Both the position numbers and the translations under genes were made by a program. The notes beneath the pieces were generated by a model. The model ran no database searches, had not been told where the DNA came from, and saw only the letters and a program-made list of their open reading frames with translations. Positions 52,814-61,903 of a DNA stretch of 64,000 bases are shown piece by piece. The stretch's first letter is position 1; each line of letters begins with the position of its first letter. This stretch comes from Acidimicrobiia bacterium (GTDB taxonomy: Bacteria; Actinomycetota; Acidimicrobiia; Spongiisociales; ZC4RG35), in assembly GCA_965215185.1 (NCBI GenBank), contig OZ244034.1, positions 64,001-128,000 of the forward strand, read 5' to 3'.

Positions 52814-52835
52814 TCTAGCGGTTGAGTTCTTTGCT

Positions 52836-54779
52836 TTAGCAGCTGTAGTTCATGAACTCGTAGTTGTGGACGTAGTACGCTACCGAGCCCGGCAGGCTGT
52901 CCCATTCCAGACACGGATCCTTGGCGTACAGCAGATCCGCGAAAGCGATGGGAAGACCGAGGCGGTTGTCGACTGCATAGTCAAACAGCGCCCGGGCGGT
53001 TGTTTCCTTTTCTTCATCGCTTCCACCTTCGCCGGTCAGAGCTTCGTTGATTAACCGGTCCAGTTCCTCTGACTCTCCCGAGTAGGAGAGGCGGTCGGTG
53101 GTCCGGCTGTAGAAACTCCACAACTGTGTACCTGAGTTATACACGGGCGGTGGATAGCAGAAGGCGAAGTTGGCTTCCCGTCTGCTGGTCTGCCCTTCCA
53201 GCACTCCGTACTCGGTGAACTGGTTGTTCACTGTGATACCCAGGTTGGTCCACTGCTGGGCGACGGCTTCTGCCACCTTGCCGCACCAGGGCCGCCCGGG
53301 ATGCTGAGCGGAGTCGATGGTGATTTCCAGGTCGGCGGGGCTGGCGTAACCAGCTTCGGCCAACAGCGCCACCGCCCGGTCGGGTTCAAACGGATCGGGC
53401 TGGCAGTCGGGGTCGAAACCGGGGAAGTGGGGCCACCAGGAGTGCACGCAGGCGCCTTCGGTGGTTCCTCGGCCCGCCAGCACGAAGTCAACGATGTCTT
53501 GGCGGTTAATGGCCAATGACAGGGCCTCGCGGACCAACTTGGCATTGCCGGGATTAGTGTGATCGCTCCACGGTGGCGGGTTCTCCAACGCCGGACCCGT
53601 GGGGTTCACGTAGTTACCGGTCAAATAGATGGTGGGCATGCTCTGGTTGGGAAGAGATTGGATCCCCAGTTTTGCCGCTTGCGCGGTGGTAATCTGCTCG
53701 GCGCTGAGCGTCATCAGATCGGCGTCGCCCACCGCCAGCATGGCCAACCGGGTGCTGAACTCGGGTACGGCCTTCCTGACCACCTCTCTAATGGAAGGTG
53801 GCCGGGCGTAGTGGTCGTCAAATGCTTCAAACACGACCTCCACCCCCGGAGTGTGGCTCTTGAACTGGTAGGGGCCGGCTCCGATCGGCCACAGGGAGGC
53901 TGCATCTTCTCCCACTTCCTCTATGTATTTGCGGGAAGTAATCGGGAAGCTCAAGGACATTTCGCTCAGGGCGGGCACCAACTCTGGCACCGGTTTGCCA
54001 TCAACGGACACCAGTTTGAAGTTGTAGTCGTCGATGACTTCCACCGCAACCCTGATCAAAACCCCGCTGGACGGGTTGTTGGTGCCTTCCCGGATGGCGA
54101 GTTCATGACTGAAGAGGATGTCGTCGGTGGTAAGTTCTCCCCAGCCCTGGTGGAATTGGACACCCTGGTGGATCTCGAAAACGAACTCGGTGAAGTCGTC
54201 GCTCCTCGACCAGGATTTGGCAAGCCGGCCCTCTCCCTCCACTATCTCTCCGCTGTCGAAGTCGTGGTAGATAAGCGGCTCGTAGAGAGGCTGCACGTTC
54301 AGAATTGCGCCCAGGCTGCAGTTGGGGCAAAGCCAGTCTTCGCCGCGCAACGCTGGCAGCAGCACCACCATCCGGTCCTGAACCATTTCAGGCGCGGCCG
54401 CCACAACCTCTGCTTGGGCGTCCGCCAGAGCGGATTCGGCTTCGGCGGCTGCGGCCTCGGCTTCCGCCAACGCGGCCTCGGTTTCCGCCAAAGCAGCCTG
54501 AGCCGCCTCGTCACCCTCAGCGGCCGCCTGCATGGTGGCTTGCAACTCCGTTTGGGCTGCGGTCAAAGCTTCCTGCGCGGCATCTGCTTCGGCTTCGGCT
54601 TGGCCTGCTGCCGCGGCGGCGGCATCTGCTTCGGCTTGGGCTTGGGCTGCCGCTGCTTCTGCGGCTGCCGCGGCGGCTGAATCTTCAGCCGAGGTATCGT
54701 CGCCTCCGCAAGCGGCGGCCACCATCGCCAGCACGAGAGCCACGGCCCATATGCGCCGTTTGAACACGGAGATAAACAT
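52836..54779 (-). CDS. Family-5 (Opp/Dpp-type) ABC solute-binding lipoprotein with Ala-rich N-terminal stalk
   Basis: Lipobox AAAC, about 105-aa Ala/Glu/Gln tract, GVQFH.GWGELT.DD..FS, PIGAGPY, VREALSLAINR. Confidence 0.88.
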   Translation of the reverse strand: MFISVFKRRIWAVALVLAMVAAACGGDDTSAEDSAAAAAAEAAAAQAQAEADAAAAAAGQAEAEADAAQEALTAAQTELQATMQAAAEGDEAAQAALAETEAALAEAEAAAAEAESALADAQAEVVAAAPEMVQDRMVVLLPALRGEDWLCPNCSLGAILNVQPLYEPLIYHDFDSGEIVEGEGRLAKSWSRSDDFTEFVFEIHQGVQFHQGWGELTTDDILFSHELAIREGTNNPSSGVLIRVAVEVIDDYNFKLVSVDGKPVPELVPALSEMSLSFPITSRKYIEEVGEDAASLWPIGAGPYQFKSHTPGVEVVFEAFDDHYARPPSIREVVRKAVPEFSTRLAMLAVGDADLMTLSAEQITTAQAAKLGIQSLPNQSMPTIYLTGNYVNPTGPALENPPPWSDHTNPGNAKLVREALSLAINRQDIVDFVLAGRGTTEGACVHSWWPHFPGFDPDCQPDPFEPDRAVALLAEAGYASPADLEITIDSAQHPGRPWCGKVAEAVAQQWTNLGITVNNQFTEYGVLEGQTSRREANFAFCYPPPVYNSGTQLWSFYSRTTDRLSYSGESEELDRLINEALTGEGGSDEEKETTARALFDYAVDNRLGLPIAFADLLYAKDPCLEWDSLPGSVAYYVHNYEFMNYSC

Positions 54780-55059
54780 CGAACACTTTCTCCTTTTAGT
54801 AACCGGGTGGGTTTCTTCTTCTGTACGTGACAGAATGTCCTCTCATCCTAGTTGGTCGGTTTTTTGGGGGGGGATTGTCTGGCACACAGATTGACTCCTG
54901 TCAACTCGGCGTCCTCTGCGGTCTTGCTCGCCCAGTCGCCGGTACAAATGAAGAAACCCGGCAGGGTGCGGGAGGGTTCAAGTGGAAAGGGCCAGGCGAA
55001 TGCCGCCCGGCGACTTTGTTGTCAGCCTGTTTGGCGTTCCCACCACTAGTTTGTCTTAG

Positions 55060-55920
55060 ATGTTTGATTTGGCGGGCCGGACGGCGGTGATTACCGGAGC
55101 GGCTTCAGGGATCGGCCGGGCTATGGCGCGGCGCTTCTCTAGGGAGGGAATGACAGTGGTGGCCGCCGATGTCGACACCGTCGCATTGGACAAGTTGGTA
55201 GCCGATTCGGGGTTTGGTTCTCCTGTCCGGGCGGTCCCCACCGACGTGTCTGATCCGTCCTCGGTGGATGCGCTTGCGGACCTTGTCTACCGGGAATTTG
55301 GTGAGGTGGGCATTCTGTGCAACAACGCGGGGGTTGGGCCGATGGGGACCGTTTGGGAAGTGGGGGTCGCAGAATGGGAATGGGTGCTGGGGGTCAATCT
55401 GTGGGGGGTGATCAACGGCATCCGCTCTTTTGTCCCCCGAATGCTGGAAAGCGGCAGGGAGGGCCATGTGGTGAACACGGCGTCTATGGCGGGGCTGATC
55501 GCCGGGCGGGAGATGACTCCCTGGCGGCTGGGCGCCTATGCCGCCTCCAAGCACGCGGTTGTGGCCATCAGCCACACCCTCTATGCGGAACTGCGCACTG
55601 CCGGGGCGCCCATCGGAGTCTCGCTTCTGTGCCCGGCGGCGGTGAACACCCGTATCTGGGACACCGAGCGACTTCGGCCCTTTTCCTCCGGCGCTGAATC
55701 CACGGATCCCTCTTCACCGCAAGATGAACGGCTCCGAGAGCAACTACGGTCCGGGGTGGAAATCGGGTCCGCTCCCGAGGAAGTGGCTGAGCTAGTCCTG
55801 GAAGCTGTACGTCAAGATCGCTTCTACGTCTTCACCTCCCCCGGATCTGCGAACCAGGTCAGACATCACTATGACGACCTGGTCAATCTGCGTAATCCCC
55901 CGGTCCCGGCCCTGGATTAG
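55060..55920 (+). CDS. Classical short-chain dehydrogenase/reductase
   Basis: TGAASGIG, NNAGV, NTAS, YAASK. Confidence 0.93.
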   Translation: MFDLAGRTAVITGAASGIGRAMARRFSREGMTVVAADVDTVALDKLVADSGFGSPVRAVPTDVSDPSSVDALADLVYREFGEVGILCNNAGVGPMGTVWEVGVAEWEWVLGVNLWGVINGIRSFVPRMLESGREGHVVNTASMAGLIAGREMTPWRLGAYAASKHAVVAISHTLYAELRTAGAPIGVSLLCPAAVNTRIWDTERLRPFSSGAESTDPSSPQDERLREQLRSGVEIGSAPEEVAELVLEAVRQDRFYVFTSPGSANQVRHHYDDLVNLRNPPVPALD

Positions 55921-55931
55921 CTGTGCATAGA

Positions 55932-55963
55932 GAAGAGGGACCGGGAAATCCCGGCCCCTCTTC
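55932..55963. terminator. Hairpin between convergent genes
   Basis: GAAGAGGGACCGGG-AAAT-CCCGGCCCCTCTTC. Confidence 0.7.
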
Positions 55964-55983
55964 GTCAAGCGAATTGAGTGAAC

Positions 55984-58023
55984 CTAGCTGGTGTAGCGCA
56001 GGTACTCGTAGCGGGTCATGTAGGGGTTGAAGGGCGCGGGAAGGCCGATCCAGTCGAGGTTGGAGGCGAAAGCCAGCACCGAGTCCACGTAGCCGATCGG
56101 GATGCCAAGCATCCGGTCGTATATGTAGTCGAACACCTCACCTGAGGCCGCGTCGACATCATCGGGGAAGACCTGTGCGACACAAGTGTCTACCAGGTCG
56201 TTTAGTTCCTCCGATTCACCGGTGTAGCTAGCCCAGTCGCCGGTGCGCGTGTAGTAGCCCAACAGGGTGCAGGGGCTATCCAAGAAGGGAGAAGCGTACA
56301 CGAACGCCGCGTATGCCCCTTCTTCACCCGACAGTCCCTGATAGGTCCGGAAGTCGGTCTTGGAGGTCTCCAGCTGGACACCCAACGCCGCTTGCCATTG
56401 CTGGGCGACCGCCTGCATCACCTCGTCGGTGTAGGTGGTGTTGGGGTTCTCGGCAAAATCGACGGGGATCACCATCTGGGAAGGATCGGGGTAACCGGCC
56501 TCGGCCAATAGTGCCTTGGCGGCTTCCGGATCGTAGGAGTCGACTTCGCAGCCATCGTTGTACCCGGGGCTAACCGGCCAGAAGGTCTGTACGCAGGCAC
56601 CCTCGGTGGTTCCCCGTCCTCCGAAGATGAAGTCGATGATCTCCTGCCGGTCGATGGCCAGCGACAAAGCTTTCCGAACCTTGATGTTGCTCTCATCATT
56701 GTCTGTGGCCCACGGCGGCGTGTTCTCGGGGTCGTACTTGGGTTCCAAGTACTGACCGGGTAGATAAACGGCCGGTAGCCGCGTTCCCGACAGGGACACC
56801 ACCTTCAGGTTGGGATCGGCTTCCAAGCGGGGGATGTCGTCGAAGTTCGTCGAGGACATCTGAGCGTCGCCGGCATCAATCATGGCCGTACGGGTGGCCT
56901 CTTCCGTCACCACGCGGAACTCAATAATCTCGATCCCGGGAGTGACCCGCCAGTGGTTGTCAACCGCCTCGTAGGCAACCGACACGTCCAGTTCGTGACT
57001 GTGGAACTCAAAGGGCCCGGTGCCGATCGGGCGGAAGCTGGCTTCGTCCCGTCCCACTGTCTCCACATATTTCTTGGAGACGATGGGCAAGACCGAGATC
57101 ACCTCGTTCAGAATGTTAGGTATCTGCACGTCGGACTCTGACAAGTTGAGGATCACCGTATAGTCATCGGGAGTCTCGATACTCTCGATCCGGGAAAAGT
57201 TCGGCCTGTTGGGGTTCTCGCTGTCATCCAGCACGGACAGTTCAAAGCTGAACTTCACATCTGCGGAGGTCATCTCGCCCCAACCGTCATGGAACTGGAT
57301 TCCCTTGCGCAGATTGAACGTGAACTGGGTGAAGTCGTCGTTGTTAGACCAAGTCTCTGCCAGTTGACCGGTCCCCTGGGCCACCAGGCCGGTCTGGTAA
57401 TCGCGACAGAGCAGGTACTCGTACATAGGCATCGCGGTGGCCCCACTTTGGTAAGAAGCGGTTGGGCCAAGAAAGTTCTGGTCACCGAGGGTGCTGATGG
57501 CGTAGATAACCGTGCCTCTGGCGGTCTGGTCTGCCACGGACGGCGGAATGCAAGGATGGCCTTTCTGGGCAAGATTGGTCTTGCTGGCCGCTTCAGCGGC
57601 TGCCATCGCTTCCTCGGCTTCCATGGCGGCCACTTCGGCTGCCATTTCGGCTTCTTCCAACGCCATAGCTGCCTCGTCGGCTGCCATTTCGGCTTCCGCC
57701 AGTGCCGCTTGGGCTGCCTCGTCACCTTCCTCTGCGGCTTGTCTGGTGGCTTCCAACTCAGCTTGGGCTTCCGCCAGCGCCGCTTGGGCATCGGCTGCTG
57801 CGGTTGCTGCGGCTGCTTCCGCTTCTGCGGCCGCGGCCTGTGCTACGGCTGCTTCCGCTTCGGCCGCGGCTTGCGCCGCTTCTGCGTCTGCTTGGGCTGC
57901 CTCGGCTTGGGCTGCGTTGGCCGCAGCCGCATCTGCTGCTGAGGTGTCCTCGCCTCCGCAAGCCGAAGCAAACAGGGCTAAGGCGGTCAGCACTGCCAGA
58001 ATCGTCAGCCTGTTTTTCTTCAT
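55984..58023 (-). CDS. Family-5 ABC solute-binding lipoprotein with Ala-rich stalk (paralog A)
   Basis: Lipobox FASAC, LRKGIQFHDG..MTSADVKFS, PIGTGPF, VRKALSLAIDR. Confidence 0.9.
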   Translation of the reverse strand: MKKNRLTILAVLTALALFASACGGEDTSAADAAAANAAQAEAAQADAEAAQAAAEAEAAVAQAAAAEAEAAAATAAADAQAALAEAQAELEATRQAAEEGDEAAQAALAEAEMAADEAAMALEEAEMAAEVAAMEAEEAMAAAEAASKTNLAQKGHPCIPPSVADQTARGTVIYAISTLGDQNFLGPTASYQSGATAMPMYEYLLCRDYQTGLVAQGTGQLAETWSNNDDFTQFTFNLRKGIQFHDGWGEMTSADVKFSFELSVLDDSENPNRPNFSRIESIETPDDYTVILNLSESDVQIPNILNEVISVLPIVSKKYVETVGRDEASFRPIGTGPFEFHSHELDVSVAYEAVDNHWRVTPGIEIIEFRVVTEEATRTAMIDAGDAQMSSTNFDDIPRLEADPNLKVVSLSGTRLPAVYLPGQYLEPKYDPENTPPWATDNDESNIKVRKALSLAIDRQEIIDFIFGGRGTTEGACVQTFWPVSPGYNDGCEVDSYDPEAAKALLAEAGYPDPSQMVIPVDFAENPNTTYTDEVMQAVAQQWQAALGVQLETSKTDFRTYQGLSGEEGAYAAFVYASPFLDSPCTLLGYYTRTGDWASYTGESEELNDLVDTCVAQVFPDDVDAASGEVFDYIYDRMLGIPIGYVDSVLAFASNLDWIGLPAPFNPYMTRYEYLRYTS

Positions 58024-58026
58024 AGG
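57499..58026. repeat. 528-bp direct repeat, copy 1 (copy 2 at 60252-60779)
   Basis: Alignment by eye at offset 2753; only two mismatches noticed, both near the signal peptide. Confidence 0.9.
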
Positions 58027-58155
58027 CTCCTCCATGACTGTTACTAGCAACGCGGCTGATGAAGTTGCTAGGTCTTGCTGACCAAGACACTGACCGAACC
58101 AGACCGGGCACCCCTTAACGAGGCCTCTTTTCTTTGTACAACCAGTTTAAGGCGC

Positions 58156-58676
58156 ATGTTGAACCTACGAAACGGACAGCGGCGATCACGGGAGCGGCTT
58201 CGGGAGCCGGTCTGGCCATGGCGCGCCGCTTCTCACGGGAAGGGATGACGGCGGGGGCTGCGATGTCGCTGCCTCCGCCCTGGAGAAGCTGGTGGCCGAT
58301 CCCGGGTTTTGTTCTCCTGTCCGGGCGGTTCCCACCGACGTGTCTGATCCGTCGTCAGTGGAGGCGGTGGCAGACCTCTTTTTCGGAAATTCGGCGAGGT
58401 GGGGGTGCTGTGCGACAACGCCGGGGTTGGCCCGATGGGGACCATCAGGAAGGTGGATGTCGCAGAGTGGGAGTGGGTACTGGGGGTCAACTGGTGGGGG
58501 GTGACCAACGGAATCCGTTTTTTCATACCCCGGATGCCGGCCAGATGCTGGTTCTGGAGGCGGTGCGGGAGAACCGATTCTATGTGAGGCTTCGCCCAGG
58601 ATCGCCCGGCCAGGTCGGCCATCAATATGAGGACCTCGTCAACCGGGGGAACCCTCCGGTGTCCGGTTTGGATTGG
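58156..58676 (+). pseudogene. Decayed duplicate of the SDR at 55060-55920
   Basis: Pieces in different frames: TAAITGAASG, SPVRAVPTDVSDPSSV, LCDNAGVGPMG..EWEWVLGVNW, LVLEAVRENRFYV. The segment carrying YxxxK is deleted. Confidence 0.9.
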
Positions 58677-58687
58677 CTCAGCATAGA

Positions 58688-58720
58688 GAAGAGGGACCGG
58701 GAAGGTCCCGGTCCCTCTTC
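58688..58720. terminator. Hairpin between convergent genes (paralog of 55932-55963)
   Basis: GAAGAGGGACCGGGA-AGG-TCCCGGTCCCTCTTC. Confidence 0.7.
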
Positions 58721-58739
58721 GTTAGAGCTTTGAGTGAAC

Positions 58740-60776
58740 TTAGCTGGTGTAGCGAAGGTACTCGTAGCGGGTCATGTAGGGGTTCCAGGGCGCAGGTAGG
58801 CCTACCCAGTCGAGGTTGGAGGCGAACGCCAGCACCGAGTCGACATAACCGATCGGGATGCCGAGCGTCCGCTCATAGATGTAGTTGAACACATCCGCAT
58901 GCGCGTTGGCTACATCATCGGGGAAGAACTGTGCTACGCAGGTGTCCATCAACTCGTTGAGTTCCTCGGATTCTCCTGTATAGCTGAAGAAGTTACCGGT
59001 AGCGGTGTAGTAATTCAGCAGAGTGCAGGGAGCGGGGAAGAAGGGAGCGGAATACACGAACGCCGCGTATGCCCCTTCATTGCCCGACAACGCCTGATAG
59101 GTCCGGTAGTCGGTCTTTGACGTCTCGACCTGGATACCGATGGCCTGCCACTGCTGGGCGACTGCCAGCATCACCTCGTCGGTGTAGGTGATCTGGGGGT
59201 GTTCCGCAAGATCAATGGGGACCACCAGATCCGAAGGATCGGCATAGCCGGCTTCGGCCAAGAGCGCCTTGGCGCCTTCCGGATCGTAGGCATCGACTAC
59301 GCAGTCCGGGTCGTATCCGGGAGCGACCGGCCAGAAAGACTGCACGCAGGCACCTTCTGTGGTTCCTCTGCCTCCGAAGATGAAGTCGATGATCTCCTGG
59401 CGGTCGATCGCCAACGACAGGGCTTTACGGACCTTGATGTTGTGTTCTTCGTCATCGGTAGCCCACGGTGGGGTGTTCTCCGGGTCGTACTGGGGTTCCA
59501 CATACTCACCGGGCAGATACACCGCTGGGAAACGCGTTCCCGACAGGGATACCACCTTCAGGTTGGGATCGGCTTCCAGACGAGGTATGTCGTCGAAGGT
59601 CGTGGGGGACATTTGGGCGTTGCCGGCATCGATCATGGCTTGCCGGGTGCTCTCTTCCGTCACCACGCGGAAGTCGAAGATCTCGATCCCGGGAGTGACC
59701 CGCCAGTGGTTGTCGACGGCCTCGAATGCGACAGAGACGTCCAGTTCGTGACTGTGGAACTCGAAGGGCCCGGTGCCGATCGGGCGGAAGCTGGCTTCCG
59801 TCTGTCCCACTGTTTCCACATACGTTTTGGAGACGATGGGCATGGCCGGGATTACCTCGTTCAACAGGCTGGGGATCGCAACATTGGGTTTTACCAAGTT
59901 AAGGATCACCGTGTAGTCGTCGGGAGTCTCAATGCTCTCGATGTTCAGCCAATCCGGCTTGTTGGGGTTGTTGCTGTCATCCTGTATGGAGATTTCGAAG
60001 CTGAACTTCACGTCGGCGGAGGTCATCTCGCCCCAACCGTCATGGAACTGCACGCCCTTGCGCAGATTGAAGGTGTACTGGCTGAAGTCGTTGTTATGAG
60101 ACCACGACTCGGCCAACTGCCCGGTGCCTTGGGCAACGTCGCCGGTCTGGTAGTCACGACACAACAAATACTCGTACATCGGCATCACGGTCGCCTGGCT
60201 CTGGAAGGGAGCGGTTGGGCCGAGCCAGTTCTGGTTGCCGATGCTGCCGAAGGCGTAGATAACCGTGCCTCTGGCGGTCTGGTCTGCCACGGACGGCGGA
60301 ATGCAAGGATGGCCTTTCTGGGCAAGATTGGTCTTGCTGGCCGCTTCAGCGGCTGCCATCGCTTCCTCGGCTTCCATGGCGGCCACTTCGGCTGCCATTT
60401 CGGCTTCTTCCAACGCCATAGCTGCCTCGTCGGCTGCCATTTCGGCTTCCGCCAGTGCCGCTTGGGCTGCCTCGTCACCTTCCTCTGCGGCTTGTCTGGT
60501 GGCTTCCAACTCAGCTTGGGCTTCCGCCAGCGCCGCTTGGGCATCGGCTGCTGCGGTTGCTGCGGCTGCTTCCGCTTCTGCGGCCGCGGCCTGTGCTACG
60601 GCTGCTTCCGCTTCGGCCGCGGCTTGCGCCGCTTCTGCGTCTGCTTGGGCTGCCTCGGCTTGGGCTGCGTTGGCCGCAGCCGCATCTGCTGCTGAGGTGT
60701 CCTCGCCTCCGCAAGCCGAAGCAAACAGGGCCAAGGCGGTCAGCACTGCCAGAATCGTCAGTCTGTTTTTCTTCAT
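58740..60776 (-). CDS. Family-5 ABC solute-binding lipoprotein with Ala-rich stalk (paralog B)
   Basis: N-terminal ~175 aa match paralog A; same SBP_bac_5 motifs. Confidence 0.9.
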   Translation of the reverse strand: MKKNRLTILAVLTALALFASACGGEDTSAADAAAANAAQAEAAQADAEAAQAAAEAEAAVAQAAAAEAEAAAATAAADAQAALAEAQAELEATRQAAEEGDEAAQAALAEAEMAADEAAMALEEAEMAAEVAAMEAEEAMAAAEAASKTNLAQKGHPCIPPSVADQTARGTVIYAFGSIGNQNWLGPTAPFQSQATVMPMYEYLLCRDYQTGDVAQGTGQLAESWSHNNDFSQYTFNLRKGVQFHDGWGEMTSADVKFSFEISIQDDSNNPNKPDWLNIESIETPDDYTVILNLVKPNVAIPSLLNEVIPAMPIVSKTYVETVGQTEASFRPIGTGPFEFHSHELDVSVAFEAVDNHWRVTPGIEIFDFRVVTEESTRQAMIDAGNAQMSPTTFDDIPRLEADPNLKVVSLSGTRFPAVYLPGEYVEPQYDPENTPPWATDDEEHNIKVRKALSLAIDRQEIIDFIFGGRGTTEGACVQSFWPVAPGYDPDCVVDAYDPEGAKALLAEAGYADPSDLVVPIDLAEHPQITYTDEVMLAVAQQWQAIGIQVETSKTDYRTYQALSGNEGAYAAFVYSAPFFPAPCTLLNYYTATGNFFSYTGESEELNELMDTCVAQFFPDDVANAHADVFNYIYERTLGIPIGYVDSVLAFASNLDWVGLPAPWNPYMTRYEYLRYTS

Positions 60777-60779
60777 AGG
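60252..60779. repeat. 528-bp direct repeat, copy 2
   Basis: Matches 57499-58026. Confidence 0.9.
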
Positions 60780-60896
60780 TTTCCCTTTCTGCGGGTAATC
60801 AACTAAAGGTCGAGGAAGTTCTCAAGTGGGACTTTTCAATGCCTGTTATATGGTAAACGGTGTTTTCTATTGCACCACCGGTCAAGAGTCAACGGT

Positions 60897-61394
60897 TTAA
60901 CCAACCGCATGGCCTTTCCCCATGGTGGAGAGATCATCCCCCACCAGGCCCAGCTGTTCCAACCAGCGCATGGAATCGAATCCCACCCAGTGTTCGACGA
61001 TCTTTCCGTTCTCCACCCGTTGCACCATAACGGCCTGCACTTTGACCTTCTTGCCGGTGGGGGCAGCCCCCATCACCTCCCGGCTGTGGGTGGCCTCCCA
61101 GGTCCAAACCATGGTGGCCTTGTCTCCTTCGGCGGTGAGCACATCGATGGTGGTCAGACCGTCCGAGAAGTTTGCTCCTACCGACACGAATCGATCGTAC
61201 CAGGGTCGTGATCCCTGGGTAAGTCCGGGGACGCCATGCAGGATGATGTCGGGATGTACCAGTTCTTCGAAGAGTTCCCACAAGCGGTCCTTCCAACTCT
61301 CATCGCAAGGATCGGGGAGAGGAAAGTCCTTTTCACAGTCGAGGGTGAAACGCTTGACGATTCGGCGGGTTTCTTCTGTCTGCGGGTCTGACAT
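60897..61394 (-). CDS. Ester cyclase/SnoaL-like (NTF2-fold) protein
   Basis: AEGDKA...WTWEATH...MGAAPTGKKV, RVENGKIVEHW...D...LEQLG. Confidence 0.88.
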   Translation of the reverse strand: MSDPQTEETRRIVKRFTLDCEKDFPLPDPCDESWKDRLWELFEELVHPDIILHGVPGLTQGSRPWYDRFVSVGANFSDGLTTIDVLTAEGDKATMVWTWEATHSREVMGAAPTGKKVKVQAVMVQRVENGKIVEHWVGFDSMRWLEQLGLVGDDLSTMGKGHAVG

Positions 61395-61408
61395 AGCTCG
61401 CTTTCTGT

Positions 61409-61879
61409 TCAGTTGACGGATAGGTCGCAAGAGATGACGCCCAGTTGCTGAAGCCAGCCGAGCTGGTCGATAACGGCCCAGTGTTCGACGATTTGGCCGT
61501 TGTGCACTCTCTCGATGGTCATTCCATGCACTGCCAGCTTGATACCCGTGGGCGGGATCCCCATGAGCGGCGCCGAGTGGGTGGCTTCCCAGGTCCAGTC
61601 GATTGCCGCCTTGTCATCTTCCACCACCATGACGTTGACGGTGGTGGCGGAATCGGGAAAAGCGATCCCGAGTTTTTCGTAGAAGTCGTACCAGATGTCC
61701 CTTCCCTGTTGCACGCCGGGCACACCGTGAAGGACTATGTCGGGGTGTACCAACTCTTCGAACAAGCCCCGCAGGTTGGTCTTGAAAACCTCCAGGTTGG
61801 AGTCGGTTAGGGGAAAGTCCCGTTCACCTTCGAGGACGAATCGCTCGACGATCGCTCGGGTCTCCTCTGTTCGGGACAT
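61409..61879 (-). CDS. Ester cyclase/SnoaL-like protein (tandem paralog)
   Basis: AFPD, WTWEATH..PLMGIPPTG, GQIVEHW..ID.LG.LQQLG. Confidence 0.88.
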   Translation of the reverse strand: MSRTEETRAIVERFVLEGERDFPLTDSNLEVFKTNLRGLFEELVHPDIVLHGVPGVQQGRDIWYDFYEKLGIAFPDSATTVNVMVVEDDKAAIDWTWEATHSAPLMGIPPTGIKLAVHGMTIERVHNGQIVEHWAVIDQLGWLQQLGVISCDLSVN

Positions 61880-61903
61880 GGTGCTCCTTTGGTTTTAGCT
61901 TTT

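Noticed and set aside
54430-54680. Short GCTTCGGC-type repeats as a CRISPR array or VNTR
   Set aside because: They are codon repeats of the Ala/Glu stalk, with no repeat-spacer periodicity
53559-60695. Long opposite-strand ORFs (53559-54680, 57289-57942, 59199-60695) and similar shadow ORFs across the window
   Set aside because: Antisense shadows of high-GC genes with no recognisable motifs
57499-60779. Diversity-generating retroelement template/variable repeat pair
   Set aside because: No reverse transcriptase in the window, the repeat is N-terminal and nearly identical, and there is no adenine-specific mismatch pattern
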